A stretch of DNA of 64,000 nucleotides from assembly GCA_963842525.1 (NCBI GenBank), contig CAWJGT010000019.1:160001-224000 (forward strand), read 5' to 3'. The first letter of the stretch is position 1. Each line of letters starts with the position of its first letter. The stretch is from an uncultured Holophagales bacterium. GTDB taxonomy: Bacteria; Acidobacteriota; Thermoanaerobaculia; Multivoradales; UBA5704. A program made the position numbers and the translations under genes. The notes under the pieces are model-generated. The model searched no databases and had not been told where the DNA came from. It saw nothing but the letters and a program-made list of their open reading frames with translations. Positions 1 to 7,862 of the stretch are shown piece after piece.

Positions 1-1013
1 GCGTAGCCGGTGGTGTAGCCGCGGAGCTGCGCCATCAGGTCGAGGCCCGTGCCGATCGATGTGCGCAGGTGGCCGGTGCCCACCACCGGATCGCACTGGT
101 AGAGGTAGTAGGGCCGGATGCGCAGCCTGAGCAGCCCATGGAAGAGGTCGCGCAGCGTTTCGGCCGAGTCGTTGACGCCCTGGAGCAGCACCGTCTGGCA
201 GCCCAGGGGGATGCCGCCGTCGGCGAGCCGGTCGCAGGCTTCGGCCACCTCCGGCGTCAGCTCACGGGCGTGGCAGAAGTGGACCGAGAGCCAGACGCGG
301 TGCTTGCGCAGGACCGACACCAGCTCCGGCGTGATGCGTTGCGGCAGGAAGCCCGGAATGCGCGTGCCGATGCGCAGAAAATCGATGTGTGGGATGGCCC
401 GCAGCCGGCCCAGGAGCTGATCGAGCGTGGCGTCCGACATGAGCAGCGGATCGCCGCCCGAGAGGAGCACATCGCGCACCTCGGTGTGCTCTCTGAGATA
501 GCCGAGCGCCGCCTCGACGCGGCGGCCGAGCGGCTCGAGCTCGCCCTGGCTCACCAGCCGGCTGCGCGTGCAATAGCGGCAATAGGCCGCGCATGTATCG
601 AGCACCAGGAACAGCACGCGGTCGGGATAACGGTGCACCAGCCCTTCGACGACGCTCGCGTGGTCCTCGCCGCAGGGATCGGTCATATCGCCACGGCTCA
701 CCACCAGCTCGCGCTCGACGGGGACGACCTGGAGCCGGAGCGGACAGCCCGGGTCTTCCGGATCGATCAATGCGGCGAAGTGCGGCGTGACGGCGACGGA
801 AAACTTCTCGCTCGCCAGCAGCAGACCGCGCCGCTCCGATTCGGTCAACCGGAGGAACCTGTCGAATTGATCGAGGCGGGTCAGGCGATGGCGCATCTGC
901 CACCGCCAGTCGTTCCAGCGCGCGGGATCATAGTCCTCGTTGAACAGGGCGCAGATCTCCTCGCGCCGCGTCAGGGTGTCGGTCAGGACCGCGGCGAACG
1001 CCTCCTGCTTCAT
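1..1013 (-). CDS. KamA-family radical SAM protein (lysine 2,3-aminomutase-like), 3' end runs off window
   Basis: Manual minus-strand translation from ATG 1013 (GAGGAG RBS): WNDWRWQMRHR, radical SAM motif CAAYCRYC, RIRPYYLYQCDPVVGTGHLRTS. Absent from the ORF track because its stop is outside the window. Confidence 0.9.
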   Translation of the reverse strand, partial: MKQEAFAAVLTDTLTRREEICALFNEDYDPARWNDWRWQMRHRLTRLDQFDRFLRLTESERRGLLLASEKFSVAVTPHFAALIDPEDPGCPLRLQVVPVERELVVSRGDMTDPCGEDHASVVEGLVHRYPDRVLFLVLDTCAAYCRYCTRSRLVSQGELEPLGRRVEAALGYLREHTEVRDVLLSGGDPLLMSDATLDQLLGRLRAIPHIDFLRIGTRIPGFLPQRITPELVSVLRKHRVWLSVHFCHARELTPEVAEACDRLADGGIPLGCQTVLLQGVNDSAETLRDLFHGLLRLRIRPYYLYQCDPVVGTGHLRTSIGTGLDLMAQLRGYTTGY

Positions 1014-1370
1014 TTCTCTCGTCTCCTCTGGGAGGAAGGGAGTGATAGATCCGGCTCCGCGGTATCCGCGGTATTCGCGACGGCGGAGGTCCGGCGACCG
1101 GCGGTTCGAAAGCCGACAACCCACCAGGCTTGATCACCCGGTTGGAAAGCCCCTGGGGGCTCCGTGAACATGATCGTCTAACGCGTTAGCCCGGTCGTAC
1201 GGCACCGCGGACTGGAGAGGTCCACGAGCGCCTGGGCCAGAGGTGGGAAGGTCGGGACGTCAAAAGGGAAGACACTGCCCAGCGACCCGCGCCGGACAGC
1301 CGCAAAGGCCACGCTGTCGAGGGTACTTGGAGGTTGGTCGGGGGCCACGCTCACGTCGTCCACGTGCTTT

Positions 1371-1398
1371 ACGATAGCGGAACTCTTCCTGCTGTCAA
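1371..1398 (-). promoter_or_regulatory. Putative sigma70 promoter upstream of the kamA-like gene
   Basis: TTGACA (1398-1393), 16-bp spacer, TATCGT (1376-1371). Confidence 0.5.
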
Positions 1399-1487
1399 GA
1401 GAAAGTTTCTCTTCCGGACCAAGTCGTTGCGAGGCCGGCCGCGGGCTGTTTCAATGATCCGTTCGGTCCCGGATAGAATACCCGGCC

Positions 1488-1925
1488 ATGACCGAACATC
1501 GCGAACACCAGCCCACCATCTTCGACAAGATCCTCTCGGGCGACATCCCGAGCTACAAGGTGTACGAGGACGAGCACGTCCTGGCCTTTCTCGACATCGG
1601 CCCGCTCTCGGACGGCCACACCCTGGTCATCCCCAAGGAGCGCAAGGCGCAGCTTCACCAGCTCTCCGACGAAGCCGCCGCCGCGGTCGGCCGCGTGCTG
1701 CCGAGGATCTGCCGCGCTGTGATGCGCGCCACCGGCTGCACCGACTACAACATCCTCCAGAACAACGGCACGGCCGCCCACCAGGTGGTGATGCACGTGC
1801 ACTTCCACATCATCCCCAAGTTCGGCAACGAGGGGCTGGGAATCCTGTGGCCGGCCCGGAAGCTCTCCGAATCGACCGCCCGCGAGCTGGTCGACAAGAT
1901 GCGCAAGGCCCTGGAGAGCGCGTGA
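1488..1925 (+). CDS. HIT family nucleotide hydrolase
   Basis: TIFDKIL N-terminus, GHTLVIPK, histidine triad HVHFH. Confidence 0.95.
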   Translation: MTEHREHQPTIFDKILSGDIPSYKVYEDEHVLAFLDIGPLSDGHTLVIPKERKAQLHQLSDEAAAAVGRVLPRICRAVMRATGCTDYNILQNNGTAAHQVVMHVHFHIIPKFGNEGLGILWPARKLSESTARELVDKMRKALESA

Positions 1926-1935
1926 GGATTACGAG

Positions 1936-2949
1936 GTGAAATCGCTGGAGATCCGCGACGGCTGGGGCCTCGATCATCTGGTCCTGGCCGACCGGCCCGC
2001 CCCACGGCCGGGGCCGGGCCAGGTGCTCGTCCGCGTGCACGCCGTCTCCTTGAACTACCGCGACCTGCTCACGGTCCAGGGGAAGTACAACCCGAAGCAG
2101 AAGCTGCCGCTGATCCCTTGTTCCGACGGCGCCGGCGAGGTCGAGGCCGTAGGAGAGGGCGTCACACGCGTTCGGGTGGGGGACCGGGTGTGCAGCGTCT
2201 TCGCCCAGCGCTGGATCTGCGGCGCGCCGGACCGCGAACGGCTCCGCTCGACCCTCGGTGGCCCGCTCGACGGCATGCTCGCCGAACGGGTGGTGCTCCC
2301 TGAAGACGGGGTGGTGCGGACCCCGGAGCACCTGACGGACGAGGAGGCCTCGACTCTCCCCTGCGCCGCGGTCACTGCCTGGAACGCGCTGGTCACCGAG
2401 GGAGGCGTGACGGCCGGCGACACCGTGCTGGTCCAGGGCACCGGGGGCGTGTCGATCTTCGCCCTGCAGCTCGCCAAGCTGCTGGGCGCCCGGGTGATCG
2501 CCACCTCCAGCAGCCCCGAGAAGCTCGCCCGGGTCCGCGAGCTGGGCGCGGACGAAGGGATCAATTATCAGGACATACCGGACTGGGGAGCGCGGGCCAA
2601 GGAGCTGGCGGGCGGCACGGGGGTCGACTGCGTCGTCGAGGTGGGCGGGGCCGGCACGCTCCAGCAGTCGCTGCGTGCGGTGCGGATGGGCGGCCGGATC
2701 TGCCTGATCGGCAACCTCGCGGGCACGACGGCGGAGATCCCGCTGACCCTGATCTTCATGCAGCGGGTGCGCGTCCAGGGCATCCTGGTGGGCGACCGCG
2801 ACAGCTTCGAAGCCATGAATCGCGCCATCGCCCAGCACCGCTTGCGGCCCGTGATCGACCGCGTCGTCCCGCTCGCCGAGGCCCGGGCCGCCTTCGAGCT
2901 GATGGCGGCCGGCGGGCACTTCGGCAAGATCTGCATCCGGGTTGATTGA
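1936..2949 (+). CDS. NAD(P)-dependent alcohol dehydrogenase / quinone oxidoreductase-like (MDR family)
   Basis: VSLNYRDL, PCSDGAGEV, QGTGGVS Rossmann motif, C-terminal GHFGKICI. Confidence 0.92.
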   Translation: MKSLEIRDGWGLDHLVLADRPAPRPGPGQVLVRVHAVSLNYRDLLTVQGKYNPKQKLPLIPCSDGAGEVEAVGEGVTRVRVGDRVCSVFAQRWICGAPDRERLRSTLGGPLDGMLAERVVLPEDGVVRTPEHLTDEEASTLPCAAVTAWNALVTEGGVTAGDTVLVQGTGGVSIFALQLAKLLGARVIATSSSPEKLARVRELGADEGINYQDIPDWGARAKELAGGTGVDCVVEVGGAGTLQQSLRAVRMGGRICLIGNLAGTTAEIPLTLIFMQRVRVQGILVGDRDSFEAMNRAIAQHRLRPVIDRVVPLAEARAAFELMAAGGHFGKICIRVD

Positions 2950-2961
2950 TGAAGCCCTCTC

Positions 2962-3006
2962 GCCCAGGGTTCACACCCTGGGCTACCGAATGTCGCCCTC
3001 CGGGCT
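2962..3006. repeat. REP-like double hairpin
   Basis: GCCCAGGGT-TCAC-ACCCTGGGC perfect stem followed by GCCC-TCC-GGGC, just after the MDR stop. Confidence 0.6.
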
Positions 3007-3052
3007 CGTTTTTCCGGTGCGGCGCCGTAGCCGTATGTAACCGGACGGTGCG

Positions 3053-3338
3053 GTAGAGACGCCCCAGTCCATGACCACGAAACGACCGGTGCACGCCCGT
3101 CGGGGCGTCTCACTCACGGCCCCAGCGACCACCAACGCTGGCACCACGCCACGAACGCCGAGATGGGCCCCGCCCCGCTGTACGCAAATGGCTGGCGGGT
3201 GGCCGTCCCGGCGGCGCACAGCGGCCCCGGGCGGTGTTTTCCTGCGCGAGGACGAACCCGTTTTCGCCGGCGAGGCCATGAGACGCCCCGACTGTGTGCA
3301 CCCGGTAGTTTTGTGGTTACGGACTGGGGCGTCTCTAC
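3053..3338. repeat. GTAG-type REPIN (two inverted REP units)
   Basis: GTAGAGACGCCCC...GGGGCGTCTC (3053-3111) and inverted GAGACGCCCC...GGGGCGTCTCTAC (3280-3338). Outer ~42-bp arms are imperfect reverse complements. Confidence 0.8.
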
Positions 3339-6253
3339 CCCGCCCCGTTTGGGTGGTGCGGAATGGTTCCCTCCAACCACCCCACCTCCCGCTCCCGCCG
3401 CACATACCCGGTCTCGTTCACCAGCGCCCGCGCCCGCGCCACATACCGCCGCGCCGCGGCGAGGTCCCCCTGGTCCCGGCAGAGGCGCGCCCACTCCAGG
3501 TGCGCGTCGCACTCATGAAGCCGCATCGGGCCGCGCTCGGCGATCTCCAGAGCCTCGGTGAGGTCCGCCTTGGCGCCGGTAAAGTCGGAACGGAAGCGTC
3601 GAAGGGCGGCGCGGGCCAGAAGGCCGCGGGGCAGGTCGTCCTCCTGTCCGGCCCGCCGCAGGCCGTCCACCGCACGGTTCAGGGACTCGACGGCCTGGGC
3701 GAGCCCGGCGGTGCGGTCCTCCCCGGGGGCCGTCAGGGCCAGGCCGAGGTGGGCGCGGCCCAGGGTGAGGTGGTCGAGGGCGATGTCGAGGAGGGAATCG
3801 CCCGGCACACGCCATTCAAAGAGTTCCCTCGCCCGCTCCATCACCTCCCGGCAGGCTTGGCGGAACCGCTCGGCCTCCTGTGGGCGGGAGCCCGGCCCGG
3901 CGAGCCCGTCCAGCCCGGAACCGCCCTCCGGCTCCGCCCGGCCCAGCAGCAGGTCGCAGTACTGAGAACCCTGGAGCGAGTAGAGCCGGGTGTACTGCGG
4001 CTGCCGCTCCGCCTGCATCGTCTCGGCCTCGCGGAAGGCCGCCGCGCTCTCCTCCCACCGGCCCGCTTGGTGCAGGGCATCGGCCCATGTCGTTCGGTTG
4101 ACCATCCGCCGGAAGGCATCGCCGCTGCGGTCGGCCAGCTCGACGCTCTGCTCACCGAACGCCACGGCGCGCGGCACCTCCCCCAGGGTCAGGGTCAGCT
4201 CGCTGAGGTTGCTGGCGATGATGGCAGCTTGCTTCCAGTTCTCCTGGGCGATGCCCGCCTCCAGCCCTGCCTCCATCGGCTCGACCGCCTCCGCCAGGCG
4301 GCCCAGGGCGCGCAGGACGAAGGCGGCCTCGTTCAGAACGAACGCCTGCCACTCTGCTCTAAGGCGGAGGGAGGGCTGCGACCAGGGGCGATCGAAGAAC
4401 CCCGCCAGCGCCGTCAGCTCCGACCCGAAGGCTCCGAGCTTGCGCGTGCTGTAGAACTCCGCCCTCCGCAGGCTCCGCCGCCAGTAGACCTCGTTCATCG
4501 CCTCCTGCTGCCGTCCTGCCCGGCAGCCGTGGACCACGGCAGCGTAGAGCGGCTGCATCGCTTCCAGGCTGTCGGGGAGGTCCGGCGCTGCCTGGCGAAG
4601 CTGCTCGTAGAGGCGCCGGTTGCCTTCCTGCCAGGCGTCGGGGCGGTGGCTCTCGAGCTCTTCCGCGAAGCAGGCGCGCACCAGAGGATGGGCATCGAGG
4701 GTCTCCGGCTCCCGCGCATCGGCCGCCGCCAGCAGGCTGTGGTCTCGCAGGGTGCTGACCGCCAGGTGCCAGTCCTCGTCCGAAAGGCCTACCAGAGGCT
4801 CGGTAAGCCCGGGGATTGGCGGCGCGGCACGCAAGGCCTTCAGGGCTGCGGCCTCGGCCGGCCGGTCGAAGAGGCCGAGGAGGCGGAGGATCGCCAGCTC
4901 CGGTCCCTCGCCCAGCCAGCGGGCATAGGCTTCGATCACGCGAAAGGCGTGGCCGCCTAGTTTCTTATCAGCCTGATGGAGGTCGATCTCGCGGCGCTTG
5001 CGGACATCGCCGCCGTGCACCCGCCGCAGGAAGTTGCCGAGAAGGGTCATGGTGAGGGCGTGCCGCTGGAAGTCCTCGGCCGCGGCGCGCAGATCTTTCT
5101 CTCGTCCGTCCACACCCAGCTTGCGGAGCAGGTCCACGGCCGCGTCCAGGCCTAATTCCTCCAAATGGACCTGCGGCGCCGTGCTCGGGGAGCCGGCGAG
5201 GTCGGCGATCCGTTCCCTTGTGGTGACCACGCAGAGGCCCGGGTTGGCCCAGGCCAGATTCTTGAGCAGGGCGGCGAGGCCAGGGTCCTTGAGGCGGCCC
5301 TCGATCTCCTGCCGGCCCGGCGGGTATTGCAGGGGCTCGATGCCGTCGAGGATGAGGAGGCTGCGTTCCTTCCTGATCAAACCGGCGAGGCGGGCACCGC
5401 GGTCGTGCAGGGAGCCGGCCTTGGGGTCGGAATCTCCGAAGAAGCGGAGCGCGTAGTCGATGAACGGCTCGGCGGAAGTGTTCTGGTCTTTGCTCCCCTG
5501 GCTGTAGAACGACCAGGCGAGCGCCCGCATGGCGCCGCGCCAGCTGTCGGCTGCCATGCGGTCCAGCCAGTGTGCGACCAGCGCTGACTTGCCGATGCCT
5601 CCGAAGGCCACGAGGGTGAGGACGTGGATGGATGGGTCGTCCCAGGCGGCATCGAGGCGGGTGAGCTCCGCTTCACGGCCGACGAAGTGCTCGCCGGGGA
5701 TGGGCAGGCGGCCGAGGTCGAGAGTGGGGGTCGAGGTGGCGGGAGTCCTCACCCCCGGCCCCTCTCCCATCTCCCTCCCACCCTGGCCCCGGGAGAGGGG
5801 AGAAGGCAGCCTTAATAGATCCCGAATCTCCAGGGCCAGAGCGGTGAGATCCTCCTCGACCTTGACTTTCCGACCCTTCGAGAGAGGCCGGCCGTCCTTT
5901 GGGCGGCACTGGGTCGCCGCAATCCACTCGACGGCCTGCCACGGGCACGGGTGGATGATGAGTGGGATGATCCGCAGGCCATCCTGTGCCCGGCGTTGGA
6001 GGAGGCTAGGCACCTCCGTGCCGCGGATGAAGTCCGAGGTCAGGAAGTCGGCCGAGATGAGCAGCACAGCGGCCTGGGCATCTTCCATGGCCGTCTCGAT
6101 CTCGGCGCGCCAACCGTCGCCTGCTGCGATCTTCCGGTCGTCCCAGACTTCGAGGTCTCCCTCCAACTCAAGGACGCGTAACTGCCGGACGAGCCGGTTC
6201 TTCCAGGTCTCGTCCTGATGGCTGTAGCTGATGAAGACCCGCGGGCCGCTCAT
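3335..6253 (-). CDS. TIR domain - STAND NTPase - TPR repeat protein
   Basis: ATG 6253 after AGGAG. TIR (VFISYSHQD...LLISADFLTSDFIRGTEV), Walker A AFGGIGKS, Walker B LLILDGIE, DAHPLVR winged-helix motif, C-terminal TPR-like helices. Confidence 0.9.
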   Translation of the reverse strand: MSGPRVFISYSHQDETWKNRLVRQLRVLELEGDLEVWDDRKIAAGDGWRAEIETAMEDAQAAVLLISADFLTSDFIRGTEVPSLLQRRAQDGLRIIPLIIHPCPWQAVEWIAATQCRPKDGRPLSKGRKVKVEEDLTALALEIRDLLRLPSPLSRGQGGREMGEGPGVRTPATSTPTLDLGRLPIPGEHFVGREAELTRLDAAWDDPSIHVLTLVAFGGIGKSALVAHWLDRMAADSWRGAMRALAWSFYSQGSKDQNTSAEPFIDYALRFFGDSDPKAGSLHDRGARLAGLIRKERSLLILDGIEPLQYPPGRQEIEGRLKDPGLAALLKNLAWANPGLCVVTTRERIADLAGSPSTAPQVHLEELGLDAAVDLLRKLGVDGREKDLRAAAEDFQRHALTMTLLGNFLRRVHGGDVRKRREIDLHQADKKLGGHAFRVIEAYARWLGEGPELAILRLLGLFDRPAEAAALKALRAAPPIPGLTEPLVGLSDEDWHLAVSTLRDHSLLAAADAREPETLDAHPLVRACFAEELESHRPDAWQEGNRRLYEQLRQAAPDLPDSLEAMQPLYAAVVHGCRAGRQQEAMNEVYWRRSLRRAEFYSTRKLGAFGSELTALAGFFDRPWSQPSLRLRAEWQAFVLNEAAFVLRALGRLAEAVEPMEAGLEAGIAQENWKQAAIIASNLSELTLTLGEVPRAVAFGEQSVELADRSGDAFRRMVNRTTWADALHQAGRWEESAAAFREAETMQAERQPQYTRLYSLQGSQYCDLLLGRAEPEGGSGLDGLAGPGSRPQEAERFRQACREVMERARELFEWRVPGDSLLDIALDHLTLGRAHLGLALTAPGEDRTAGLAQAVESLNRAVDGLRRAGQEDDLPRGLLARAALRRFRSDFTGAKADLTEALEIAERGPMRLHECDAHLEWARLCRDQGDLAAARRYVARARALVNETGYVRREREVGWLEGTIPHHPNGAG
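5747..5800. repeat. CCCTCACC-family REP arm inside the TIR-STAND CDS
   Basis: CCTCACCCCCGGCCCCTCTCCC...GGGAGAGGGG matches the intergenic arms. Read in frame as SPLSRGQGGREMGEGPGVR. Confidence 0.85.
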
Positions 6254-6489
6254 TCGTGTGCTCCTGGGGACACGAAGATTGTAGCGGAAGGGGCCTCCTC
6301 TCTCTCCCGCACTCCCACCTGATTGTGTTGTGCTTGTTCGCGCTATGGTACGCAATCAATCCGGGCAGCGCGAGCGGAGGCTGGACCGAGCCGCTCCACG
6401 GTGTGCTCTGCAATAGCTGGCTTCTCCAAGAGCTGATCCAGGAACGGGAGCATTGCAGCCTTGCACAGCTACGCTGCCGAACATTCTGC

Positions 6490-6762
6490 GCTCACGTCCA
6501 TCACGGCTGACATCACTCCTGCCGTGGTCCGCATCACTCCGGCCAGATTGCACATCACGCACGCCAGTCTGTACGATACTCCGAGTACATCAGGAGTCAC
6601 TCCTGCCACTCTCGGAGTGATGCATGATACACAAAGAGTGATGTGCACCATGACGGTAGCGATGTGCTCCACGGCAGGAGTGATGTGCTCCATCCTCGGA
6701 GTGATCCGTTCCATCCGTGGAGCGTCGCACGCCATCTTGGTGGTGATGCACGCCGCGCTAGT
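6490..6762. repeat. Degenerate 21-bp-period array with dyad symmetry
   Basis: 13 units starting every 21 bp (6490, 6511 ... 6742). Left units begin CATCAC-like, right units begin AGTGAT-like. CATCACTCCTGCCGTGG (6511) is the exact reverse complement of 6669-6685. Confidence 0.8.
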
Positions 6763-6844
6763 TGTGCCGCCGAATGGGCGAGAGCGCCATGGCGCAGAAG
6801 GGGGAGCTGCCAATTCGGAGCAGCCGGCGCCAGGGCCGGCGGTG

Positions 6845-6979
6845 GGCGACGTCCGCCGCTTCCTGCCGGTCGCCGCAGAAGCGCAGGCACCAGCCCGCCA
6901 CCCTGGGATAGAACCGGCGATAGAGGATGGACAGGCAGGCATCCGCCTCCGCCGGCTCCGAGCACAGCGGAACAGGCAT
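6845..6979 (-). pseudogene. ECF sigma factor region-2 fragment
   Basis: ADACLSILYRRFYPRVAGWCLRFCGDRQEAADVA resembles the start of ECF region 2, then similarity stops with no region 4. Confidence 0.6.
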
Positions 6980-7042
6980 CCGCCGTGCCTGATATATGCT
7001 TGCGTCGTTCAACTCGAAGCGCAAACAAGGAAGGAGCCGTCG

Positions 7043-7780
7043 ATGTCCTGGCAGAGACTCGGAGCAGGTTTGGCGTTGCTTTTTCTGGCGGCGTTTCCGC
7101 TGCGTGCCCAGCACGCAGACTTCGGAAGGGCTCTCTTCGCGCGTGGTCTGGCCCGGGCCTGTTGGTACGGGCAGCCCGGCTTGACGCCGCGCACCGGCCT
7201 GTTCCGGCCGGATCAGCCGATCGTGCGAGCTCTGCCGGCAGAGCAGGATGCACGGTATGGCGCCGGAGCCGGCGCCCATACCGGCTGGCGGGTCGAGGAG
7301 CAGGCGACCCGCATCTCCCAGATTGCCGAGCGCGTTGTGCGCCATCCCTCCAATCCCTATGGGATCACCGGAAACGCAACCTGGAAGCTGGGGATTCAGG
7401 ACACGCTCGACCTGTTTGCGATCTGTGGGGCGTTCGAAGAGCTGGATGCAATGGATGCGCGGCTCTTTCCAGAGTCACCGGTGCGGCCTGAATGCCCGCC
7501 TGCGCCGGTCTGTCCGACCTGTCCGCCCGAGCGCATCTGTCCGCCCCCTCAGCCGTGCCCGGAATGCCCTGCATGCCCGTCATGCCCCAGGCCGACGCTG
7601 ACCGCGCCCGCTCGCGAGACATTGGAAGCGATCGACACGTGGCGCACGATCGGCCCGGGCAGGAGGGCCAAAATCGTCCAACTCGTCGCCGAGCTCAAGG
7701 CATTGCTGGCGCCGCCCCCGCCAGAGCCTTCCACGGGCAGGTTCGGGGAGGTGACCGTGGTGCCGGCTTCCAGGCCGTGA
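7043..7780 (+). CDS. Hypothetical secreted protein with Cys-Pro-rich segment
   Basis: ATG 7043 after AAGGAG, signal-peptide-like MSWQRLGAGLALLFLAAFPLRA, PECPPAPVCPTCPPERICPPPQPCPECPACPSCPRP. Confidence 0.65.
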   Translation: MSWQRLGAGLALLFLAAFPLRAQHADFGRALFARGLARACWYGQPGLTPRTGLFRPDQPIVRALPAEQDARYGAGAGAHTGWRVEEQATRISQIAERVVRHPSNPYGITGNATWKLGIQDTLDLFAICGAFEELDAMDARLFPESPVRPECPPAPVCPTCPPERICPPPQPCPECPACPSCPRPTLTAPARETLEAIDTWRTIGPGRRAKIVQLVAELKALLAPPPPEPSTGRFGEVTVVPASRP

Positions 7781-7862
7781 GGATTTGGCGGTAACGCCGC
7801 CCAGCCCTCGGCACTCTGAAGAGACGGGCGTAAGATCTTCGCGCGAGCGAAAGGAGGGCACC

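Noticed and set aside
1-1013. KamA as beta-amino-acid supplier for the NRPS
   Set aside because: 55 kb apart with housekeeping genes between; no linking evidence.
6490-6762. CRISPR interpretation of the 21-bp arrays (also 37414-37728)
   Set aside because: No invariant repeat with unique spacers, period too short, no cas genes in the window.
6461-7042. 439-aa ORF 6461-7780 as a single protein
   Set aside because: The 5' part is the repeat array plus the antisense sigma fragment; RBS and signal peptide point to a start at 7043.
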